Positions 20,308 to 29,987 of a stretch of 64,000 nt of DNA are shown piece after piece. The DNA is taken from positions 26,676 to 90,675 of the forward strand of contig JBPCLO010000053.1 in assembly GCA_051003155.1 (NCBI GenBank), in the 5' to 3' direction. This stretch comes from Fimbriimonadales bacterium (GTDB lineage Bacteria > Armatimonadota > Fimbriimonadia > Fimbriimonadales > ATM1). Made by a program: the position numbers and the translations under genes. A model generated the notes under the pieces. That model made no database searches and had not been told where the DNA came from. It was given only the letters and a program-made list of their open reading frames with translations. Position 1 is the stretch's first letter, and each line of letters opens with the position of its first letter.

Positions 20308-21472
20308 CCTCAACCACTTCCGGGACAGGAGATTCTATCGCCCCCGCTGCCAGCCGGTAGACTTCCAGAACTTTTTCGCACGCGTCGGAGTGCGTCCAAG
20401 ACGTGACGGACCTGCGCGCATTTTCCGATAGACGCCCGAGCAGGGCGGGATTTCCAAGCACGTCCAGTACGGTCTCGGATAGTTGCAAGGCGCTGTTGCC
20501 CACCACAAGTCCATTTTCATTGTTTCTAATGGATTCGCTAGCCCCCCCGCCGCGGACTGCGACGGCCGGCAAGCCATAAGTCATGGCCTCACCGATGACC
20601 AACCCTTGTGTTTCCGTGGTACTCGCGAACATGAAAAGGTCCGCGCCGAGATAGAACTTGTCCACCTCGGCCCGGGGAACGGCCCCAGTGTACTTGACTC
20701 GGTCGCCGATCCCAAATTCTCGCGCGAGGCGTTGAGATTCCTTCCTATAGGCCCCGTCTCCTACGATCCACAAACGCACGTCGTCGCGTCTTTCGAGAAT
20801 TTCCTTTGCGGCCTCTAGAAGGACGGCGATATTCTTTTCTTTTGCAACGCGCCCCACATAAAGAAGCACCTTTTCACCGGGGCGGGCGCCGATTTCTTGC
20901 CGTGCTTGCTCTTTCGGCATTTTACGCCGCTCCGGATTACCCGTCGGTATCACCGTAATCGGCGTCCTGACCGAATGCCTTCGCAGCGAATTTCTCGCAG
21001 GCTCGCTCGGCGCGATAACCTGGCTGCACCGATTGTAATAATAGTTGGTGTGCCTGGCGATTTTATATCGCGTGTACACCTTTGGCACATACGGCACGTA
21101 GTGGACGTATCTTTCATAAAGCGTGTGGTACGTGCTCACGACAGGAATCCCGTGCGATTCTGCCCAACGCAAGCCGACGAAGCCGAGGGTATACGGCGTA
21201 TGAGTGTGCACAATATCGAACGAATGCTTCCGAAAGTGGCGTAGCATCGGATAGAACGGCGGCACGGCGAGCGGATACTCCGGAATAAACGGCAGCTGAA
21301 CCGATGGAAACCGGTAGATATTCGGGTCGGCGTCCTTATGCTTGCTGAAGGCGGCAGTAAAAGTATGCACCGAATGCCCCTGAGTTCGCAATTCTTCCAC
21401 GAGCGCTTCGATGCTCACCGAAACGCCGTTGACGATTGGACCGTAACTATCCGAAAATATCGCGATTCTCAA
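20285..21472 (-). CDS. Glycosyltransferase family 4 (diacylglycerol glucosyltransferase-like)
   Basis: FSDSYGPIVNGV, YVGRVAKEKN and STTETQGLVIGEAM motifs. Confidence 0.9.
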   Translation of the reverse strand: MRIAIFSDSYGPIVNGVSVSIEALVEELRTQGHSVHTFTAAFSKHKDADPNIYRFPSVQLPFIPEYPLAVPPFYPMLRHFRKHSFDIVHTHTPYTLGFVGLRWAESHGIPVVSTYHTLYERYVHYVPYVPKVYTRYKIARHTNYYYNRCSQVIAPSEPARNSLRRHSVRTPITVIPTGNPERRKMPKEQARQEIGARPGEKVLLYVGRVAKEKNIAVLLEAAKEILERRDDVRLWIVGDGAYRKESQRLAREFGIGDRVKYTGAVPRAEVDKFYLGADLFMFASTTETQGLVIGEAMTYGLPAVAVRGGGASESIRNNENGLVVGNSALQLSETVLDVLGNPALLGRLSENARRSVTSWTHSDACEKVLEVYRLAAGAIESPVPEVVEDARTRAD

Positions 21473-21478
21473 TTAGTT

Positions 21479-22075
21479 TTAGTCTGGATTGCGGCCATAC
21501 CCCTCGACAAAGTTCACGATGCCGGAGAGCCTGAATCTGCGCTGGTTCCCCACCGTTCGGTGATGCTCGAGCCAACCACGATTAGTATAGCGGCGTACCG
21601 TCGCAGGGCAAACGCCCAAAAGTCTCGCCGCTTCTTCGAGATTAAGCTGCGGGTCGACCATGCGCATAATGAGGTCCTCTCGCGACTCCCGAAACTCCGT
21701 TGAATAGTATTTCTGCGTCACGTTGTCGTCGTAAACACTCGCGAGAAACTTGATGTTCTTTGGCATCTGCTGCCATATCTGCTCGAGGTCCGGCTCAATG
21801 ACAGCAATTACAGCGGGCGTTCTTCGACGTCTCGGGCGGGGAGCTTTCATTTTGGTCGGCTTGAGCTTCACGGGCTTGCCGTTTTCTTCCGTAACGATTT
21901 CCAAAGATCGCTGAGCGGGCTTGGGCGCGGGTTTGCCCGTGTAGGAACGCGTAAAAGAAGGCAGCGAGTTGACATCGACACCGATATCCTGGACATCCGG
22001 CGGGTCTTCGGTTTTCTTCACGTCGAGAAATGCGCTCTCGATATAACGCATCGCATCAAGATTATCTTTTCTCAT
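21479..22075 (-). CDS. Protein with C-terminal excisionase/BldC-like HTH domain
   Basis: LNLEEAARLLGVCPATVRRY...RTVGNQRRF. Confidence 0.8.
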   Translation of the reverse strand: MRKDNLDAMRYIESAFLDVKKTEDPPDVQDIGVDVNSLPSFTRSYTGKPAPKPAQRSLEIVTEENGKPVKLKPTKMKAPRPRRRRTPAVIAVIEPDLEQIWQQMPKNIKFLASVYDDNVTQKYYSTEFRESREDLIMRMVDPQLNLEEAARLLGVCPATVRRYTNRGWLEHHRTVGNQRRFRLSGIVNFVEGYGRNPD

Positions 22076-23088
22076 TTAGTTTCTCCTATTACTAGCATAC
22101 TGTCTCCAAAACTTAAAAAACGATATCCGGCCAGCAGAGCCTCCTCGTATGCCCGCACCAAGTTGTCGCGGCCGGACAACGCCGAAACCAGGAGCATCAT
22201 CGTCGTCTTCGGCAAGTGAAAATTCGTGATCATCGCGTCGATAACTTTGAACGGATATCCGGGAGTGATAAATAGCGAGCTGCAGCCCGAGCCGGCTTGA
22301 ACCAGCCGATCACCGACTGCCGCGGTCTCCAACGCCCGCACCGACGTAGTGCCCACTGCGATAATTCTGCCTTTAGCATTGCGAATCAGCCGTGCCGTTT
22401 CGGGTGGGATCAAGTAGCTTTCACCGTGCATTTTGTGCAGAGCTAAGTCATTGTTATTGATGGGCCTAAAGGTATCGATGCCGACAGCGAGAGTAATGTA
22501 AGCGACGTTCACCCCGGCTCTCCGCACAGATTCCAAAAGAGCGGCGGTGAAATGCAGTCCAGCCGTCGGCGCCGCGGAGCTGCCGTCGTGCTCACAATAA
22601 ACGGTCTGATACCGATCTGGAATAGGAACCTCCGACCGAATGTATGGCGGCAGCGGCGTCTTGCCAATTTCCGCCAGTCTTTCCCGGTGTCGTCCCTGCT
22701 CGAATTGCAGCAGCTTGCCCCCATAGTCGAGCGTAGCCTTGATTGTTGCGGCCAGTCCCCCGTCGAACACGACTCGGGCGCCTTGCGGTAACCGCCGACC
22801 TGGCTTCACCAGCGCTTCATATTCGCCATCGCCGACCTCACGCAATAGGAGCGCCTCGAACTTCCCACCCGTCGCCTTTTCGCCAAGCACACGCAGGGCG
22901 CTGACACGAGTGTTGTTCAGAACTAGCAGATCACCAGGCTCAAGGAAATCCAGCAACCGGCTGAAATGCGAATGGGTTAGTTCCCCGTTATCCATAACAA
23001 GCAGCCGGCTTGCGTCCCGCGGCTCGAGCGGCGTCTGAGCGATTGCAGATTCCGGGAGCACATAGTCGAAATCTTGGAGCGAGTTTAT
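22072..23088 (-). CDS. queA: tRNA preQ1 S-adenosylmethionine ribosyltransferase-isomerase (probable ATA start)
   Basis: DFDYVLPESAIAQ, PLPPYI, AAPTAGLHF, TNFHLP and YRFLSFGD motifs; the conserved N-terminus extends upstream of the first canonical start (23061). Confidence 0.95.
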   Translation of the reverse strand: MNSLQDFDYVLPESAIAQTPLEPRDASRLLVMDNGELTHSHFSRLLDFLEPGDLLVLNNTRVSALRVLGEKATGGKFEALLLREVGDGEYEALVKPGRRLPQGARVVFDGGLAATIKATLDYGGKLLQFEQGRHRERLAEIGKTPLPPYIRSEVPIPDRYQTVYCEHDGSSAAPTAGLHFTAALLESVRRAGVNVAYITLAVGIDTFRPINNNDLALHKMHGESYLIPPETARLIRNAKGRIIAVGTTSVRALETAAVGDRLVQAGSGCSSLFITPGYPFKVIDAMITNFHLPKTTMMLLVSALSGRDNLVRAYEEALLAGYRFLSFGDSMLVIGETK

Positions 23089-23783
23089 ACGATCACCTCA
23101 CTAACTTGTACAAGCGAAGAAATCCTGCCGGCCGAAAAATCTGCCGACCCTTCGCGATCCAACAGAAGCGCGCCCATTCCGGCATCAGTCGCGCCGATAA
23201 AATCGTCCTCCAAACTGTCGCCGACATGAACGGTCTCTTCAGCCGCTGCGCCACCCTGGGCAAGAGCTTCGTTGAATATCCTGCGATCGGGTTTTTCGTA
23301 TCCGAACTCGAGAGATGCAATTGCAAAATCAAATAAATCGCTCATCTCCAAATTATCCAGCACTTCGAAAAGCGTGTGATCCCAGTTGCTGATTATTCCT
23401 ATAATAATCCCTTTGTCTCTAAGCGCTTCGACGGCAGGAAAAACATCTGGATAAACCGACCACACGTGGCTGCTCGGCCCAAAGGCTCGCTCTCGAAAAA
23501 TGCTTAGAGCATCGCAGGCGATAGCCGGGTCGGCGCCAACGGCGTCGAGCCAAGCTGCCATTTGCCGGCTCCAAAGCTCATGTATGCCCTGCCGATCTCC
23601 GATTTTTTCGAGAGCGACCTGCTCTGTCCGAAATTCGGCAGCCACGCGCTCATATCGGTCTCGGGCTTCCTCCAGATCCACCACAATGCCCAAATCAGTG
23701 ACAGCGTCTCGGGCAATAGCACCGGGATCCCATCGATGATCGATCAGTGTGCCTGCAGCATCGAAGGTAACGAGCGTGATCAT
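23085..23783 (-). CDS. HAD-IA family hydrolase
   Basis: VTFDAAGTL, ISNWD, EKPD and HVGDSLEDD motifs. Confidence 0.9.
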   Translation of the reverse strand: MITLVTFDAAGTLIDHRWDPGAIARDAVTDLGIVVDLEEARDRYERVAAEFRTEQVALEKIGDRQGIHELWSRQMAAWLDAVGADPAIACDALSIFRERAFGPSSHVWSVYPDVFPAVEALRDKGIIIGIISNWDHTLFEVLDNLEMSDLFDFAIASLEFGYEKPDRRIFNEALAQGGAAAEETVHVGDSLEDDFIGATDAGMGALLLDREGSADFSAGRISSLVQVSEVIV

Positions 23784-23998
23784 CGGCGGAAACGTCCGAA
23801 CAGCCAAAGCACCCCCGAAAGAGCAAGACTTGCCAAAATCATCGTGGTCAAGGGAAAATAGAAGCTGAATCCTTCCCGTTCGATGCGAAAATCTCCGGGA
23901 AGTCGACCAATTCTGAGCCCGGGGGCCGCTTGGCCGAGCATCAACAGGAGTCCTAGCCCGGCTATGCCGAGCCCGGCAAGCAGTAGAAGTCGGCCCAT
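23780..23998 (-). CDS. DUF2905 family small membrane protein
   Basis: GRLPGDFRI...FYFPLTT motif between two TM helices. Confidence 0.85.
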   Translation of the reverse strand: MGRLLLLAGLGIAGLGLLLMLGQAAPGLRIGRLPGDFRIEREGFSFYFPLTTMILASLALSGVLWLFGRFRR

Positions 23999-24069
23999 GT
24001 CTCCCACGGCATCTATTTGACACAACGGGTGCCGGAAATGCAAGTTTCCTGGATAAATTTAGACAGTTG

Positions 24070-25659
24070 TCACTTTTCGCCCGGAAGAATAATGCCACGC
24101 AGGATCACCCTCTGCGCCGCGAGGAAGACAATCAGTGTCGGAATCGCGGCCAAGGTCAGTGCTGCCATAAGGACCCCTTTCGGAGCTCGGCTCTGAAGCT
24201 GATATATCCAAACCGTTATGGTCCACATCCGTTCGTCTTGGGCAACGAGGAACGCGAACATGAAGGCGCTGTAGGCCGCCATGAAGGACGTAAGGGCGAT
24301 TACCGCCAAGACGGGCTTGCTGAGTGGCAGGGTGATCCTAAACAGCATCGTCGTTTCCCGTGCTCCTTCGATTTCCGCGTTTTCGTAGAGGTCGCGCGGC
24401 AAGCTATCGAAAAAGCCTTTCAACAAGTAGATCGAGTACCCCGAGGCCGCGGCGGGCAACACCAGGGCAGCGAACGTGTTGAGCAATCCGAGATCGCGCA
24501 AAAGCAGGAACCCAGGGATCATCGTGACCTCGGCCGGGAAGGCCATGGTAGCCAGCAGGAACAGCAGAATCTTTCCTGCCGCCGGCAAGTTGTACCGAGA
24601 CAGGGCGTAAGCGGCGAGCGGGTTGACGATGAGGTGCGTCAGCACTGCGAGCAGGCAAAACAAGAACGTGTTCCAAACTGCTCGGCCATGCAGCAAAATG
24701 TAATCCAGCACGAAGGCATAGTTCTTGATGCTGTACTCTTTGCGCATCGGCGATGCTTCTCGCTGGACGTGCGCGGCGTCGTACCTGGCCTGCGGAAGCG
24801 TCTTTTCTCCGGTCATGGCCCGCCACTTCTTGTCAGGATTGTTGCCTCGATAGCGGAGAGGAAGCTTGTTAGCGTAAAACTTGCGGAACTCCGGCAACTC
24901 GGAATCGGGCGCGATCTGCTCGAACGTTTCGGCCGTTCCGCGAGTCTCGGCCGGCACCCTGTTGAACTGATTGTTGTAGGTGGAGCGCAAGTACTGTCGC
25001 CACTGCCCTTGGACAGTGATCGGAATCCGATATTGCGGACCCAACCGTGCCTTAAATTCCAGCCAATCCTTCCATTTTCGGTCACCGGCAGACCTCCACT
25101 TGCCGCTCGTGAACCGTTCCGCAGGCGGCTCAACGGTTTGGAAGACTATGTTCTGCTCGATATAAATCTCGTTGATCGCCGCGACCGTTTTGTAGCGCTC
25201 TCGCAGGAAGTCCTGGTACTTGCCGTTAACCTTGGACGAAATCCTGCCCGGACCAATGCGGAAGCCCACCTGCCACCAATCGAGCGGCATCTCGCTCAAG
25301 AACTTCTCGTATCGCCAGACCTCGGAATCTGTCATCGGATTCACCGGGACGGGTTCCTCGGTCTGCGTCGATGACATCAATGCGGTCGCGTCTTCATGAC
25401 CATAAAACCAGGCGGCCGTGTCGACCATTCCGGCGTACTTGTCGTCTACGTACTTTCGGAACAGCTCGTAATCCTGCTTCCAATAGACCGGAATCACGCG
25501 GTTATCGTTCTGGTCAGTCGCACCCTTCATCGCCGTTGCCACCATGAGCAGGAATGGGTAAACCATGGTCAAACCGCCGAGTGTTAGCAACAGGTACACG
25601 ACCGCGAGGGCGATTCGCGTTCGGCTCGTGTTTCGGCCGACCTTCGAGATGAGGGGCAC
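24070..25659 (-). CDS. Carbohydrate ABC transporter permease (MalG-like) with a large periplasmic insert
   Basis: PLAAYALSR, EAA-like LYENAEIEGA and ITLPLSKP motifs; about 270-aa soluble insert after TM1. Confidence 0.88.
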   Translation of the reverse strand: MPLISKVGRNTSRTRIALAVVYLLLTLGGLTMVYPFLLMVATAMKGATDQNDNRVIPVYWKQDYELFRKYVDDKYAGMVDTAAWFYGHEDATALMSSTQTEEPVPVNPMTDSEVWRYEKFLSEMPLDWWQVGFRIGPGRISSKVNGKYQDFLRERYKTVAAINEIYIEQNIVFQTVEPPAERFTSGKWRSAGDRKWKDWLEFKARLGPQYRIPITVQGQWRQYLRSTYNNQFNRVPAETRGTAETFEQIAPDSELPEFRKFYANKLPLRYRGNNPDKKWRAMTGEKTLPQARYDAAHVQREASPMRKEYSIKNYAFVLDYILLHGRAVWNTFLFCLLAVLTHLIVNPLAAYALSRYNLPAAGKILLFLLATMAFPAEVTMIPGFLLLRDLGLLNTFAALVLPAAASGYSIYLLKGFFDSLPRDLYENAEIEGARETTMLFRITLPLSKPVLAVIALTSFMAAYSAFMFAFLVAQDERMWTITVWIYQLQSRAPKGVLMAALTLAAIPTLIVFLAAQRVILRGIILPGEK

Positions 25660-25695
25660 GGCGGTAACTTACCTCAAGGGCGGTATCCTTCGAAG

Positions 25696-26679
25696 GTGAG
25701 TTTCGACGCCATAAAGTGGCAGGGCGACACCCTGGTGATTCTCGACCAGCGGCAGCTGCCGTCGGACGAAGTTTGGATCGCCGCCGAGGGGTGGCGAGAC
25801 GTCGCAAACGCCATAACGAGCATGGCCGTTCGTGGAGCGCCGCTGATCGGGGTCGCTGCGGCGTATGGGCTCGCGCTGGCCGAAAGTGCCGGCGATATGC
25901 CCGCTGCATACCAAGGTCTTCTGGCAACGAGGCCAACGGCCGTTAATTTGCGTTGGGCGCTCGACAGGGTTTCGGGCGCCAAGGGCAACGCATTGCAAGA
26001 AGCGCTGCGCATCGAATCAGAGGAAAGGGCCAATAATGACGCAATCGCTCGGCACGGCGCATCACTAATGCCGCATGGCGCCTGTGTGCTTACGATTTGC
26101 AACACGGGCAGCCTCGCGACGCCGGGTGCGGGTACGGCTCTCGGTATCATTCGCGAGGCATATCGGCTTGGCAAAGTCTCGAACGTCTTCAGTTGTGAAT
26201 CCCGGCCCAGGATGCAGGGGCTACGGCTCACCGCCTGGGAATTGACCCGCGACGGGATTCCGTTCCGATCCATCGTCGACGGCGCCGCCGGCGCGCTCAT
26301 GGCGAAGGGCGAAGTGCAATTTATCGTCACCGGCGCGGATCGCATCGCAGCCAACGGCGACACGGCAAACAAGATTGGTACCTATTCGCTCGCGGTCCTT
26401 GCGAAACACCACGGCATTCCGTTCGTGATCGCGGCGCCCCGCAGCACCGTCGATTTCGGCACGGACTCCGGACTCGACATTCAGATCGAGGAGCGCGACG
26501 GTACGGAGATCACTGTCGCGGAAGGCGTTGCAATCGCCCCCGAGGGAACGGAGGTCTGGAACCCCGCCTTCGATGTCACCCCGGCCCAACTCATCTCGCA
26601 TATCGTCACCGAGGCGGGCGTTCACTCGCCACCATTCGCAGAGAGCTTGGCAACGGCAACTCCGGTGCGAAGCGCGTGA
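25696..26679 (+). CDS. mtnA: S-methyl-5-thioribose-1-phosphate isomerase
   Basis: LDQRQLP, VRGAPLIG, TRPTAVNL, CNTGSLAT and ANKIGTY motifs. Confidence 0.96.
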   Translation: MSFDAIKWQGDTLVILDQRQLPSDEVWIAAEGWRDVANAITSMAVRGAPLIGVAAAYGLALAESAGDMPAAYQGLLATRPTAVNLRWALDRVSGAKGNALQEALRIESEERANNDAIARHGASLMPHGACVLTICNTGSLATPGAGTALGIIREAYRLGKVSNVFSCESRPRMQGLRLTAWELTRDGIPFRSIVDGAAGALMAKGEVQFIVTGADRIAANGDTANKIGTYSLAVLAKHHGIPFVIAAPRSTVDFGTDSGLDIQIEERDGTEITVAEGVAIAPEGTEVWNPAFDVTPAQLISHIVTEAGVHSPPFAESLATATPVRSA

Positions 26680-27209
26680 CAACAGTCGAATACCTCCGTC
26701 ACTTGTCACAGTTCGCGCACAACGAAGTGGTCGAGGCGCTCGATGGAGTGACTGAAAAGCGAGCCTGGGCAGTGCTTCCCCAACGAGGCTCGGACTACCT
26801 GCACTCAGATGGCTCGATCCACGGTATTACGCTGCACATGGCGAGCTGCAAAATCATGTATGCCAGCATGTCATTTCGCAACACTGAGATACGATGGCGC
26901 GATTGCACCGAGCGCATCGAGAAGTTCGAACCGAACTGGCAGGCGGCCCTCGATTTCCTCGCCGAGTCTCAACGCTATTGGCTGGAAACCTGGGAGTCGC
27001 TCACCGACGACGAACTGACGCGGGAGGTCGACCATTTCTCGGGAAGGAAGTGGCCCGTTTGGCAATTGATCAGAACGATGATCCATCACGATTCATGGCA
27101 CGGCGGGCAGCTCGTCGTCCTTCGCTACGCCTGCCCCGAATCCGACCAGCCACCGCCCTCGGTCGCGGAAGACGTTCGCACTCACTGCGGCGAGCTTGCG
27201 TCCTGGTAA
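26676..27209 (+). CDS. DinB family protein
   Basis: SIHGITLHM ... MIHHDSWHGGQ His pattern. Confidence 0.8.
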   Translation: MTTVEYLRHLSQFAHNEVVEALDGVTEKRAWAVLPQRGSDYLHSDGSIHGITLHMASCKIMYASMSFRNTEIRWRDCTERIEKFEPNWQAALDFLAESQRYWLETWESLTDDELTREVDHFSGRKWPVWQLIRTMIHHDSWHGGQLVVLRYACPESDQPPPSVAEDVRTHCGELASW

Positions 27210-27356
27210 TCATCCCTTCAAGGGCCTGGAAGCATCCCTTTGAGCCCTCCTGATTGTTCGACACACCTCGTATTTTAGTTGCCGACCCGGGCCTATCCCC
27301 CCGGTGCCTGGTCCGGCTCCCTTTTGAATTGGCGCCTTCGGTGTCATGATTCCCTC

Positions 27357-28175
27357 GTGACGATCCTGCGATTTGCCGCCGACCTGCGGAGCTTGCCTCA
27401 GCCCGTCATGTTGGTGCCAACCATGGGTGGGCTGCACGAAGGGCACCTGAGCCTGATTCGTGCGGCAAAGCGGCACGGCGGGACCGCCGTCGCGAGTATT
27501 TTCGTCAACCCGACGCAGTTCGACGACCGGGCGGACTTCGACGCCTACCAGCGCGATTTGGACCGCGACGGCGAGCTCGCTGAGGGCGCAGGGTGCGACG
27601 TGATCTTCGCGCCTTCGGTCGAACAGATGTACCCCGGTGGCACCGAGGCCACGGGGGTTCACGTGCCTGAGGTAACCGACAAATGGGAAGGTGAACATCG
27701 GCCGGGCCATTTCGCCGGCGTGGCCACGGTAGTCTCGGCCTTGTTCAATGTGGCGCGGCCTGCGAAAGCCTTCTTCGGCCAGAAGGATTGGCAGCAGTGC
27801 GTGGTCGTCGCAAAAATGGTTCGCGACCTCGGTTATCCGATTGAACTCAAATTCGAAGAGACAGTGCGAGAGCCACACGGTTTGGCCATGTCCTCAAGAA
27901 ACGAACGGCTGGCCGCTGATGCGCGACGGCGTGCAGCCGTCCTCTACACAGCCATTCGGAAAGCTGCCGACCAGTTCAGGTTGGGCGGCCAGCCCAGGGC
28001 GATCGAAGCGAGCACGTCGACGATCCTCCTCCAAGGCGGGTTCGAATCGGTGGACTATGTGGCAATCGTCAAAGAAGATACGCTCGAACTCGTAGACAGG
28101 CCAACGGGACAGGACCGGGTCATAGCGGCAGCTCGGATCGAGGGCGTGCGCCTCATCGACAACGTCAGGGTTTAG
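27357..28175 (+). CDS. panC: Pantoate-beta-alanine ligase
   Basis: VPTMGGLHEGH, SIFVNPTQF, RPGHF, FGQKD, GLAMSSRN and RLIDN motifs. Confidence 0.96.
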   Translation: MTILRFAADLRSLPQPVMLVPTMGGLHEGHLSLIRAAKRHGGTAVASIFVNPTQFDDRADFDAYQRDLDRDGELAEGAGCDVIFAPSVEQMYPGGTEATGVHVPEVTDKWEGEHRPGHFAGVATVVSALFNVARPAKAFFGQKDWQQCVVVAKMVRDLGYPIELKFEETVREPHGLAMSSRNERLAADARRRAAVLYTAIRKAADQFRLGGQPRAIEASTSTILLQGGFESVDYVAIVKEDTLELVDRPTGQDRVIAAARIEGVRLIDNVRV

Positions 28176-29949
28176 GCTTCTCGCGTAAGAGCAAGCCCAT
28201 CTCCTCCCATTGCTTGGAGTCGATCGGGCCCGGCGCGGCCATCATCGGATCATATCCGCCCGCGATCTTGGGAAACGCCATCACCTCGCGGATGTTCTCG
28301 TCGCCCGTCAGGAGCATGACGAGCCGGTCGATGCCTGGCGCGATGCCGCCGTGCGGCGGAGCGCCCATTCTGAAGGCTTCCAGGATATGCCCAAACCGCT
28401 CCTTCTGCGTTGCTTCGTCGACACCGAGCAGGCTGAAGACCTTCGCCTGGACGTCGGCGCGGTGGATTCGAATGCTGCCGCTTGCCCATTCGGTTCCGTT
28501 GCAGACGATGTCGTAGCAGTCCGCGCGAATTCGGCTCGGATCACTCTCCAGGTATTGGATATCGTCAGCCTTGGGGCTTGTGAACGGGTGGTGCGAGGCT
28601 TCCCAGCGCAACTCGTCGGCATCCCACATAACGAGCGGAAAGTCGAGCACCCAGCAGAACGCCAGCTTGCGCGGATCGCGCAGGTCGGTCCGGTTCCCGA
28701 TCTCATTGCGAAGACGCGATAGAGGATCGAGAGCTTTAACCCCGGTGTCGGCGACGAATAAGAGCAGATCGCTCTCTTCAGCGCCCGCTCGCCCGACGAT
28801 CTCCTGAATCGTGCCTTCGTCGAAGAACTTCGCGATTCCGCCGAAGCCCTCCTTGATCGGAAATTGCGCCAGGCCCTTCGCTCCGAATCCCTTGACGAAC
28901 TCCTCCAACTCGCCTACCTGCTTGCGAGAAAGTTCGGCGCCGCCAGGGTAGCGGACTCCGCGCACGACGCCCCCGGCCTCCGCCACAGACCGAAATACGG
29001 CGAAATCTGATCGAGCACTGATATCCGTGATATCGAAGAGTTCGAGGCCGAAACGCAGGTCGGGCTTGTCGGTCCCGAACCGCCGCATCGATTCGTCGAA
29101 GGTCACACGCGTAAATGGAGCGACCGGCTCGAGATCGAGGTCGAATTTCTCGATGACGCTGTTGCAGACGAATCGCGTGAGCCCCTCGGCGAGTTCCAGC
29201 ACGTCCTCCTGGTGCACAAAGCTCATTTCGAGGTCGAGCTGCGTGAATTCCGGTTGGCGATCCGCCCTCTGTGCCTCGTCGCGGAAGCATTTTGCGATCT
29301 GATAGTAACACTCCATGCCTGCGACCATCAATAACTGTTTGTACTGTTGCGGACTTTGTGGAAGGGCGTAGAAGAGGCCTGGCTCCAGCCGATACGGAAC
29401 GAGATAGTCTCTCGCGCCTTCCGGGGTCGTCTTCGTGAATATCGGTGTTTCAATCTCGACGAACTCTCGCTGATCGAGGTATTCACGGATAAGCCGAACG
29501 CACTCTGCGCGGATCATCAGCTTTGCCTGCATGCTCGGGCGGCGAAGGTCGAGATACCGATACTTGATACGCAGTTCTTCCGAAACGCCGCGCATTTGGT
29601 CCTCATCGGACACCGGAAACGGAAGGACGGCTGCGGAGTTGAGAACCGTGAGTTCATCGACTACGACCTCGATCTCACCCGTCGCCAACTGCGGGTTAAC
29701 CGTCTCTGGAGTCCGCTCACGAACCACGCCGGTCGCAGTGATCACAAACTCGTTGCGCAGATTTCTCAGTTCCGGAAATTTCTCCACGTCGAAAAAAAGC
29801 TGGGTCAGACCATATCGGTCCCTGATATCGAGAAAAAACAACCCACCCAAGTCGCGAATTCGGTGACACCAGCCGTTGAGCGTGACGGTTTCGCCGACGT
29901 GTTCGGACCTTAGCCGGCCACACGAGTGGGTGCGTTTTCGGAAGGGCAT
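28165..29949 (-). CDS. aspS: Aspartate-tRNA ligase
   Basis: PEGARDY, LPQSPQ, CFRDE, GAD insert and PPHGGIAPG motifs. Confidence 0.97.
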   Translation of the reverse strand: MPFRKRTHSCGRLRSEHVGETVTLNGWCHRIRDLGGLFFLDIRDRYGLTQLFFDVEKFPELRNLRNEFVITATGVVRERTPETVNPQLATGEIEVVVDELTVLNSAAVLPFPVSDEDQMRGVSEELRIKYRYLDLRRPSMQAKLMIRAECVRLIREYLDQREFVEIETPIFTKTTPEGARDYLVPYRLEPGLFYALPQSPQQYKQLLMVAGMECYYQIAKCFRDEAQRADRQPEFTQLDLEMSFVHQEDVLELAEGLTRFVCNSVIEKFDLDLEPVAPFTRVTFDESMRRFGTDKPDLRFGLELFDITDISARSDFAVFRSVAEAGGVVRGVRYPGGAELSRKQVGELEEFVKGFGAKGLAQFPIKEGFGGIAKFFDEGTIQEIVGRAGAEESDLLLFVADTGVKALDPLSRLRNEIGNRTDLRDPRKLAFCWVLDFPLVMWDADELRWEASHHPFTSPKADDIQYLESDPSRIRADCYDIVCNGTEWASGSIRIHRADVQAKVFSLLGVDEATQKERFGHILEAFRMGAPPHGGIAPGIDRLVMLLTGDENIREVMAFPKIAGGYDPMMAAPGPIDSKQWEEMGLLLREKPKP

Positions 29950-29987
29950 CGAGCCTGAAAGTCTACCTTAGGGTACGTTTGCTCCAA

